Below are positions 45,201 through 57,200 of a DNA stretch of 64,000 bases, piece by piece; position 1 is the stretch's first letter, and every line of letters starts with the position of its first letter. The notes below the pieces were generated by a model that worked only from the letters and a program-made list of their open reading frames with translations, had not been told where the DNA came from and ran no database searches. The stretch is from positions 1 to 64,000 of IMG/VR virus record IMGVR_UViG_3300017957_001843, one strand, 5' to 3'. Both the position numbers and the translations under genes were made by a program. The stretch is from a virus.

Positions 45201-48200
45201 TTTACAACTATATGCGGAGATCTTACAACACCGTTACCTAAGACTGCAACTGCTTTTGCATCTGTGCCATTTTCGTCTTTTGACCCTTCAATTGTTACAG
45301 TTGGCAAACTTGTATATCCATTACCAGGATTTGTAACAATTATTTTTGTAATCTTTCCATAACCCAAAACTGCTTTTGCTGTTGCACCAGCGCCACCTCC
45401 GCCGGAAATTTTTACTACCGGAGTAAATGTATATTCAGAGCCGCTGTCAGCTATTTCAATATCTTTAATTTGATAGCCAAAATTATCTCTCCAATGCTTT
45501 CTTGGATAGACCAAAGTATTAGTTTCATCTCCAACTAAATTATTTGTTACAAGTGTAGTATTACTAGACCTTATATTTCCTGAAGTAGTATCATAATAAG
45601 GTGAAAGGTCAAAATCAGTTAAAACACTTCCAGTAGGTTCTACGTGATCATAACTATCAACAAATTTCCTTATATTAGTGCTATAGGGTTTAACTTCTTT
45701 GACATATTCTTCATAGTCTTCAAGATTACTATACTTAAATGTGGGTGTCATTTCTAACATACCTAATTTATGTGTAGCTGATATGAAACTTGTTTTGAAA
45801 AACCAATCTACATTAGTTTGTTCAGACAGGATATATCTTAAACTTGCAAAGAATAGCTGATTATATTCAATTTCAATATCACCAATGAATATATCATCTC
45901 TAATTGTTTCTAGAATAATTCTTAATTCTCTAACAGGATTTGTATCATAAAATGCACTATCAAAACTTTTGTTATCATAACCTATGTCATTATTTGCAAA
46001 ATCATACAAGCTCGATGCAAGCTCTATAGTTCCATTTTGTCTGCCGATGGTCTTATAGTTTATTGTATAGTCTTCAGTATTTTCATTAGATATTTTTTCT
46101 AATAGGATCCAACCGCCAGATCCTACATTTTCTATTTTGACAACATCTCCTATCGTATCATCTAACGCCGCTAATTGATAAGAATTTTGGACAGCATAAT
46201 CTATATCTGTAAATTGATTATATCCCTCAGCATAATAATCTACATAATTCCAATATAAACTTACATCATAAGATTGTATTGCTGTTCTTAGCCAATTTTT
46301 TTGTACTTCGTTATATTCATATATCGTCCATTTATTAAATGCTGTGCTATCTGCATTTACAAGGACACTAAATTTTCTTAACTTTATGGCTACATTATCA
46401 TTATATCCGACTCCTTGTGAAACAACATCAACATTTGTAATTTGTCCAAGGTTATTAATAGATATTTCAAAAACAGCACCTGATCCGTCACCTTCTATTT
46501 GATAACTAGGTTCAATTTTATATCCTCTGCCGGGATCTGTAATTTCGACACGTAAAATTTTTCCGTTTACAACTATAGGTGTAAGTTTGGCAGGAGTGAC
46601 TCTATTTGTGCTTACAAATTCTAATTCGTCAAAGGTATCAATTGCAAGATCATATCGGCCTGTAAATGTGCTTGGAGCATTTTCTTTTTGCAAAAGATTG
46701 TTTATATTTTTTTCATCTACAATAGGAGATTGTGAACAAACAAAGTTAATTCTTTCTACTGTTTGCTTTAATGCTTCTATCCTATTAACAAAAATACTTT
46801 GTCTTGGTTTATTTTGAATGCCAATCCTTTTTGCAGGGGAAATTTTTGGATCAGGTACAGGACGCAAAGTACTGTCAACACCTATTAAGCTATCAAACCA
46901 TTTAAGTTCTATATCTTTATTAGGCTTGCTTGAGCTTAAATTCTCCGAAATTATCTGGTATTGTGTATGTTCATTTTGTTCTTTGCCAACTTCTTCTTTA
47001 TACTTGATGTTTAACACAATGTCATCCGAAGTAATAATCTTATCTAGATTATTAATAACAAGCTTGTTTTCTGCAATTAAACTAACATATCTATAACCTG
47101 ATTGTCTAGGTCTTGCAATTAATTGGACCATATTTCTAAGATTTAATTTTCTATTAGGCAAATTTGGTACAGTTTGTTTGTTTTCTACCCAGAAATAATA
47201 TTTTGTACTAAAAGTTTGACTGACTTGATCATATTCTAGTTTTGCACTATACTTTGTATCTCCATAAATTGCTGTGCCGCTTATTCCTAGAGAAAGGCCA
47301 TTATCTGTATCTGCTAATTGATTCCATTGGCTAGGCAAATAGTCACTTTCAACCCACTCATATATGTCAATTGTTGCTCCAGGTAATAATCTATTCCATT
47401 CATTTCTTTGGAAGGTAGTAGATCCTTGGTATGGGAAACTAAATCTTGCAGTGCTAACATTCCACCAAACTTGTCCAACATAACTAGCACCCCAGAATAA
47501 TTTAGGATCAACGTCTTTATCTGCAATTGGACCTACATTGTATTTTGCAGGATCATAATTTAGTTTGTATGTTAATTCTTGGTCTACTATACCTGCAATT
47601 TTACCTTGTATTGGATCAATATAATCAATATAAGATATTATTTCATTTGATCTTTTATTGTAAACAAACATACCGTCTATTTTATCAAGGTCTACAGGAA
47701 GTCGGCTAGATCTAAGTGACGTCCAACTCTTTGTATTTTTTACTTTTCTATAGTCTATAACAAAGCCGCGTTCATTGCCTATAACATTTTGTGCATAAGG
47801 TAATCCTACGTATATATGATTTCCTTGTGATAAAATATTATCACCAAAATTCTCTCTTTGATTAGGATACAGTAATTGTTCCGAATATATCAAACCATTA
47901 CCGATATCTTCAAAAATGTAAACAGTGCCTTTGTCTACTTTCCTATTAGCAAAAGTTGTAAAGTTTTTATCAAAAGTAGTAGCATCTCTTTCTTCACTAT
48001 CAGTATCCAAAATATAGTTAATTTCATTTAACCTATTGACATAAGTGTCAAATCTAGTAGGAATTACCATATCACCATTTAAACTAGAAATAGCTAAATT
48101 TTCATTGCTATAATCTAAGCTATATCCAAATCTTTCTACTTCTTCATTATTAGGAGATTGTAAAGTAAATGTAGGTGCTGTAACTCCGTTATCTTCTATA

Positions 48201-51200
48201 CCAAATTTGTTTGCATTATAATCGTAACTGTAAATCCAAACAGCTCCTTGGTCTATCTTATTCGCATCATCATAAGGAACACTTACTGCTATCGAGCTCC
48301 CGTCGGGTTTCAAAGATATTGAATTTGCCCATAAATTTTGATCAACATATACATCAGGTGTTTCTGAATCATTGTCGTGATCTTTCAGTACATAACTACT
48401 ACTTGGTGCCTTTATAATTTGTTTTAAATTATATTTCTTTTGTTCTAAATTATAAACAGCAATTGCTGATTCAAATGTGCTATCAGATAACATTTGTTTT
48501 GTTTTTACAATTAAAGTTTCGCCGTTTTCGCTTACATCAAATGCATCTGCAAATTGTTCAATATTTTCAATTGGATCATACACTTGTTCAAATAGTGTTG
48601 CGAAACCTGTAAGATTTGGAAGATAACCTAGGTAATCAATACTATCAATCTGCGATTCCCAAGAAGTATTTGTTAAACTAGGCGCATCTGCTCCTGCACT
48701 AATATTTGTAAGAGCTTTCCAGAATGTACCGTCTTGTAAGACAATATTGTTTTCTGCATAAGAATACAAATCATTAAATTGTCCTCTGTACTGTTCGTCT
48801 TTGCCTCTTCTCCAAGAAATATTGTTCCATAATACAGGATTTCGTATATCTTCTTCAGCTGACGAAGCAATATCTTTGTTTGCACGGAAATAATCATCTT
48901 TGAATATTACTACATCACCTTTTGTATACGCCGCATCTAATTTATATCCTCCTGTCAAATTAACAGTAGTATCAACACCTTGATTATATATTTCTATTGC
49001 TCCAGGATTTGTGCGCCATTCATATGGATCATTACGCGAATCACCCGAAGGCTCGTTAGATATAAACAGTGTGTATAACTCATTATTTTTACTAATTTTT
49101 ACTTTTGATCCAAAACGCTTATCTTTACCGGCATATTCTGATGCTATTGCAATCTGGAACTGATAAAGTCCTGTATTGTCTCTTCTATAAATTGAAACTA
49201 CACCCTGATTCTCGTATCCGCCAGTTCCGAATCTATCAGCCGGTATATTAAAAACCTGTGTATAATCTTTGTTAAGACTGTACGGAGCATTCTGTAATCT
49301 ATCAATTCCACTAAGTGTATCTTCATTAAAAAAGAAATATTCTTGATCAATTATAGGTATTACATCATTCCAATTTTTGCTAACAGGAAAATTCCTACCA
49401 GCATCTATTAATAATAATTTTCCTATTATAGAGTTTCCAATTGCAATGTCGTCATCAACACTATCTACTGTGCCTATTACTTGATCAGGATCTCCTGCAC
49501 CTCTTAGTGAAGGATTACTTAAACGTTTTATTTGGTATCTACCTATATTAGTCTGTTGTTCAAAATTGCCGGGTTGTAAATCTGTCCTTACTTTAACATA
49601 TACTCTTACTCTATTAAAGTTTCTTTGATAAAATACTACTTCTGCTGCACTAGTTGTGTTACTTGTAAGTGCAAGGCCGCCAAAGCCGTCTCTCGGAGTT
49701 TGGACATCGACTAGTATATCTCCAATTTCTGGTTCGAACACATCGCCTTGGAAGTCAAATTCTGTAAACTCAAAATCAATGAATCCGTCCCATATATCTT
49801 CGACTAGTTGATTTTTCGTCAAGTCATTAATACTAATACCACTTGTTGTAATATCATAGTCAGGATTATCAAAAAATTTCATTCCAAAAGTTTGATTTGG
49901 ATCTTGTAAAAATCTTGCATACAGTTCGTCTGAATATTCTTTAGCAGCCCTTATAACCAGTTTGGTGCTAGGACGGGCAAGCTCTGTACCGCCATTATCG
50001 CCTGTATAGGCTAAATGAGAAATAAAACTAGCTTGGTTTTTACGATTTATATAAGGCCCTATCGTACCTATTGCATCTTGTATATTGCTATACAAATTAA
50101 TAGGATGTTGCTCTACAATTTCGCTTGCTAATCTTACATCAACATAAACTAAACCTCTGCCCACATCATAATAAGTTGAATTATTTCTATATGTAAATTC
50201 TTCACCAGCAAATGTAGTTGTAGTATAACCACTTGTAGGTGCTTCTGAAGTCCTGTACGTTTTGAATAACCAATATCCGCCCACAGCGTCTGTAGTCGCA
50301 TAGGTGTTTTCTTCAGTATAAAATCCTACAAAGTCGTCGTTACTTGTATATAATTCTCCTGTTACGCTAAATGTACCATTAGCATTTATTATGTAAATTA
50401 CTGCACTATCTTCATTTTTAGCAGTATAATATACTTCACCTGCGCCTGTGTCTGTAACTACCCTATCACCGATAGTCGGTAAAGTAACAAAAGCATCAAT
50501 GTAAAAAATATGATCAACTTTTTCATTGATAATATGTTCTTGTCTTAAAAATTCAGGAGTAATTTCAGTTATTTGGTTGTTAAATGGATAATAATTGTCA
50601 AGTGTAGGATACGTAAAACTTCTTATATTCCACGCTAAACTTACGCCGTCACCTACATCAGTACCATTATACATATCAGCTGGTGCTCTAACTAAGAAGT
50701 GGTCAACAATATTATTAGGCAATCCGGGATCACCTGCTACAAGTAATGTTAGACTTGTACTATCAGCATCTGCTTCTTCGGTAATATCAATGTAAGAATC
50801 AAAAGTTGAAAATGGTTGATCTTCAATACGAGGTAAAATATTTCTATTTGCCCTCCATAGAGATTCTCTATATCTTACTATATCACCTTTTACATATGAT
50901 GTGTCAGGATCGAAATCTCCCTTGTATCTTGTCTTTACATAACTAGCATTTGGGGCGCCTATTGCTAGATATTCTCCGTCAATGGATACATCTATTGATT
51001 GTCCAAAATTACTGTATATTGGATCAAAATATGCAAACGGATTATCTTCCTGTACCCAATATTCAGCTATTTCTGCATCGCTAAACACATTGCCACTAGT
51101 ATGAGATTGGACAGATTTCCAATATGTGCGTGTACTATCTATATCGTAAACAACAATAGTGTTTCTTCGATATAAAGTATTAGGTAACCAAGGTCTGATT

Positions 51201-54200
51201 CTATCAGGCGGAAATATACTTTGATCAACTTGTAGTAAATTACTGTCACTTCCTCTTCTATAATAATCTACTTTGCCGTTTTTATCTTTGCCGGAAGATA
51301 CAAAGAAATTTTTATTATCGCCAGTTACAGCCATACTATCAGAAAATCCTTGATCTTCATCATCATAATCACTTATGTTAATAATAGATTGATGAAGTTT
51401 GTATGCAGGGTTATTTTCAATTACTTTCCAGTCACCATTTTCATAATCCTCAATCCAGAATTTTTGTTTATCATATATTTTTGATTGTGCTAGTAGATTT
51501 GCTGTTTCTACATTTTCTGTCCTAACATTTCTTAACTTAGTAACAATGTAATTTTTTCCTGTAAAGGTTTCTGGTTGGTTACCCGAAATGGTGCTAAAAC
51601 GTATTTTATCTAGCTTTATACTTTCAACTTTGTAAAATCCAGTTAGGTTAAATTCATCTGCACCTTTAACACCTATAAAGTCGCCTTCTTTTACATTACC
51701 ACCGGCCCAGCGATCTACTTTTAATTCCCATATAGGATCTCCGTCATCATTTGCAGTCAACGTCTCGGTTAATTCTTGACCGTACACGTCGGCTTCAATA
51801 TGTTGATACACTGCCCAAGGATTATTTCCTGTTTCTACTACCCAAATGTAGTCTCCAATAGCTAATTGATTTACATCTCCATCGGGCAACTCGCTTTCGG
51901 TGCCTGCTACAAATGTAACATCTTCTTCGTTAACAAAACCTCCTGATTTAATAATCTCTTCTGTTAAAATCTTTGTAGGAAATGGTTTATGATTATATTC
52001 CAACGGAGTGTCGTACATTTGAAAAGGTAATATTCTATAGTGTCTGTCAAAATTTGTATCAGGTAAAGATTGCACAAGTTCTATAGCCTGAGGAGACTCC
52101 TGTATTTTATCTTCTTTGAAGTTTATTTCTATTTGTTTTTTATTATCAACATTACCATATCTTCCTACTTGTAAAGCCCATTCTTCGTAGAATTCTAAAG
52201 TATTTTCTCCTGCTGTACCGAGAGATTTGAAAAGCTTATCTAAAGCATTTTGTGTCCCTTTATCTTGGATATATCCTTGATAAAATTTATACTGACTTAC
52301 ATCATCAGGAATAATATTTGCAAGATATTGACGTTTTTGAAATCCTGTCAATTGCTTTGCCATTTGTTGTAAATTTATATCAAACCCTTGCGTGTCTAAA
52401 CTGTAAAAATCTGTAAACTGGTTAATTCTATAATCAAAATTTGTTATTAATTCTGACTCGGGCTTTTCTGATAATCTATACCAATCGTTACTATTAAATG
52501 TACTAGAACCTGGAACATTTTTTGTTGCCACATAATAGAATTGCTTGTACTTTACTAAAGTACCTATATCATAATCTTTCCAAGTTGTCCAATCTGTAAC
52601 TTTTGCATCATCAAAAACAAATCCCGGTATGTTTAAACTACCATTCCAATCTGCAGCTCTATAACCTGTAACTTTAATTCGCTCTTGTCTATACCCAGTT
52701 GAAGGTTGGAAAATAATATCATTAAAAACTGTGTTGTTATCAATCAATACAACGTGTTCTTTATGTACCAAAGGCAACACAGCACTATACAAACCTTCAG
52801 TCTCATTATTAGTTTGTATACCGAAGCTATTTTTATCTCTCAGTAAACTTGTAAATTCTCTAGACAATGGTTCTCCATTTGCTTGTAAAATAGAGTAAGG
52901 ATAAAAATCATCATTTATGTTATCAACAACAAGATAATCTTTTTGGAAATTAAATCTATTAGCAGCAGGCGACAATGTTATAACTGTTCCGGACGCCCAG
53001 CCTTGTGTTGTCCAGAACAAAAATTCTTTACAAATTTGATCCCAATCGTTTACAATGCCTTCGCCTTCTACAAAGTTGAAATCAAATCCTATCTCTTTGA
53101 GATATTCACCATAACCTAACAAAAAGTCTACTACTTCTTGTGAATTTTTAAGTGTTTGCCCGTAAGGAATAGATAAGGTTTCATTTTTATCAAAATTACG
53201 TTTGAACAAAGCTGTCTTGCCGCCAACTGTTGGAACTTCAGGTAATTTTACTAAATTAGTTGTAGTGAAAGATTCACCTGTTGTGTGAGTTTTTGTAACT
53301 CTGTAAAAATTATTCACGTATTCTACTATTGTATCTTTTACATATAGTTTTTCTGCTTCCCAATCTGTAGTCGCTTCAGATACTCCGCCAACTGACACTG
53401 GAACTGCTTTACTACCTATAATAGGTGCATAGTAGTTAAAAAACGGATTTTCGTTATTATATCCACGTATCGTAAATCCGCTGGCTCTCTTTTCTACAAC
53501 TACTCCGCTATAAGATGCTACAAACTGAGGAGAACTTGTGTTAAAGAATATTTCATAGTTTTCTGGAGGTATGTAAATACCTCCATCTTCTAATTGTTGT
53601 TGAGGACTTCTGCTATCTAGAATTAAGTTCAGCTTTGTTTTATCACTAAAGCTTCCTAGTTTAAATCCTAATTGATTTGTAATTGACAAAACTTCTTGTT
53701 GATAATCATTGTATACTGTAAGAATATCACTTGCTACTAAATTGTAGATGTAATTAACAAGTCCGGACGTTGAAATCCGTAAATTATCTGCAAAGGTATT
53801 AGGAAAAATTATTTTATTTGTTGTTAAATTTTTTCCTGTTTCTTTATAAACCTGTTGACCTGCAAGGTTAGTAATTGTTCTCGATACATCAAAGCCTTTT
53901 CCTAATGTATCTGAAGGCTTGTTTAAAATTAAGCTGGTAATAATAGCGAATGGATAATCCGAACTTCTTCTCCAGGCAGTTTCTACAGGAGATTCGTCGC
54001 CAAAACTAAAATTATTTGTACTTTGTCTTTGAACAAACTGATTCACATAACCACTTCTTTGTGGTGCTTTTACAAACCCTTTTGTATCAACAGGAATGTG
54101 ACTTGTGATATTAGGTTTAGCATATTTCTCAGTGTATCTTACATTCCCCGGTTCTGCAATTTTTCCTACTTCGATATCTCTCCATAAAATTAAATTATCA

Positions 54201-57200
54201 GATGTGTAAGGAGCAGGACCATACACAGTATCCCACCATTTAGGTTTTCTTTTGATGCCAAGTATTTCCCAAGGATGAGAATGTGGACGATCTGTGCCAA
54301 AAGCTCTTTTGTAAACGCCTCTCCAGAATCCAGGCAAAAGCTTACCATTAGGATCTAATGCAGATGAATAATTGTATGTAAACGGATTTGTTCTATCGTA
54401 GAAAAAATTATCAGTATAATCAGCATCAACAAATGTTAGCCATTTTTTGAAAAACTGTAGTAATGAACCATTTACTTCTGACCTATCAAATTCATTATCA
54501 CCTTTATCGTTGCCTTCAAATGCATCTATATCTATACCGGTTTTATCATAGTCAACTTTGATATTGTTGAAGATACGTTTTTCTAGTTCTAATAATAATT
54601 CATCTCTAAAATCCAAATATGCTCTAACATAACTGCCGTCGTGTCCTCTAATCATAGGTATGCCTACAGGATACGCATCTATTTCTATGTTGTCATTTAC
54701 ACCGTGGAAGCCACCAGTATCAGGCATATACAAGTTCCTGTTATGACCTTTAATTTGATGTATATGGAACGATCCTGTGCCGCCGTTTTCTACGTCTTTA
54801 TCAATAGCTGCTTGTTGTGTAGTAAACACAGGGTAGAACCATCCCCTAATTCCTGCATTCTTAAATCCTTCAGAAACTTCGCCGTATATTTTATACTCCT
54901 TACCATCTACAGAACTTTCTGTTTGATAAGTGTCGTCTAATGTAAGTTCAGGATAGTATTTTGGATATAACCCTAGTTTACTTGGTGTCGGTGAAATGTA
55001 TGATCCGTCAGTAGTTTCATATTCGTATATTTCAATTAAATCATTTTCTATTTGGCCTGCACTGATAATAACATACCCTTGATTGTCAAAAGTATAGTCT
55101 TTTTCAAAAGTAAGTTGTTTTCCGTTTAGATATATGTATACAGACTTAGATGATAATTCTTCTAACCCAAACGAATTTGTAAGTGCATACTGTGTGATTC
55201 TTGAATCTAATACCCGATAATCTATTTTGTTGTAAGGTCCATAACCTAACATATCTGAAAAATAGAAGGGTTGAGATTTTACTTTATCTTTATTGATAGC
55301 TGCAAGTATTTTATCAACGTGTTGTTTTGTTTCTCCATCAAATCCTAAAGTTGTTGCAGTATCTAAAAACACTCTTTTGAATCTGTTGTATTCAGTATTT
55401 GCATATTTAATTGCTTTAATCAAATTGTATTTTTTATTTGTTATATGATATAACGGCAGATTGATAGGCGCAGCGTGTTTAACAAATCGTTTTCCGTATT
55501 TGTTTATATTACCAAGGTCTCTGATATTTCCTCTACCAGGAAATACTCCTTTAAAGTCATTGATTTCACCGACCATACTATCAACGTGGTCAATAACTTC
55601 GCCCAATGTAAATTCTGATATGTCTTCGTTTAACGGATTTCTATCTAAGTTGATAGGAACTTCGTAGTATCCATTATTATTTTTTTGCGATTTACTATCT
55701 GATTTTACAAGCAAAACATCATTTACAGATAAATTAGATGTAAATCGTATCAACGCTCTCTGGTTAATCCTGTTTATTGTGTAATCAACATTCTTATATT
55801 GTAATTTGTTATTTACATATACAATTAATCGTAAGTCATTTAAATCGCCTGCATTATTATATACTCTCACAGCAAAATCATTTACTTGTGATATGTCTAC
55901 AATTCTTTGATCAATCACCCATTGTTTACTTTGAATAGGCTGCGATGACCAGCCATTGACATAATCAAATTCTGTTCTAGTTTTGTATTTGCGTAAAAAT
56001 GCAATGTCAGTGTTCACTGTTACAATTTGTTCATTTTCCTGTATAGTAAATGAATCATTTTGCAGATTAAATTCAAAAACAATGTCACCTGAGTTTTCTA
56101 ATGATCTGTAAGTTAGCGGAAATCCTAATTCGTCGTCTTCTGTTCCTTGGCCTTGTTTGTAAGAAAATATTTTTGTTCCCTTAAACGTAGAAGAATTAAA
56201 CACATCTAAATCGCCATAGGGGTTACCTTGAGGACAACACAAATCAAACATAGGAGATTGATTAATCTTATTTTTTACTTGTGCAAGTGCCCATTCATTG
56301 TTATGATAATGATAAATTTGTCCGCTGTTTTTATTACCTTGTTTTACTAAAACATTTTCTAAAGATAAAGGCGTAGTGTCTTCAGTTTCTACTAAAGATA
56401 TTTGACGCCTATTGTTGATTGTTATAAACTTAACTTCGTAAATTTTACCTCTAACTATTAAATCTGTATCAGCAGCAAACAATACTCGCATACCTTCTGC
56501 AAGTTCAATACCGTCTACATTATATCCAATAGTTCCTTCGATAGTAGAAAATACATCACGTGTAAACGTATCTATAAGATCAACGTCTTGTTTGGCTTCA
56601 ACACCATAATCGTAAAGTTTCAGCCCTGCATTAAATTCAATTATCGGTCTTTTAGCTCTAAAATTTTCATCTATATTAATAGGTAAATTATTATATGTAT
56701 AACTTTTTTCTATTACATCTTTATGAAACCACTTATTATACCTAGACCAAGAGTTTTTATCTTTAGCTGCACGATTTATAATAATATAATCTTTGTCTTG
56801 CGCATACGAGCTTGCATTTGAAAATGGTAAAACATCAAATGCATCGCTGTCATAAGGTACTAAAACATCTTGATTGTAAACAGCCGGAATCAATAGATCC
56901 TTTTCATTTATTAAGACAATTTTGTCTCCTACACCTTCTACATACCACAAGTCTTCTTCGTATTTTTTAGGTGTAATATTGCCTTGAAATTTAATTTTCA
57001 TTCCGTTTGATAATTCAACACCGTTTGCACTAGTATATTGTTTTTTACCTAAAACTTCGTTGCCAACATCTAAAAATGTATTTTCTTCTATATCATATAT
57101 TCTAATAACACCGCTTGTATCTTGGTCATTTTTTGAAACATAATATAATCTATCTGGTGCACTAAAAGGTATTGTAAATTCAATGGTGCCTCTTTCAATG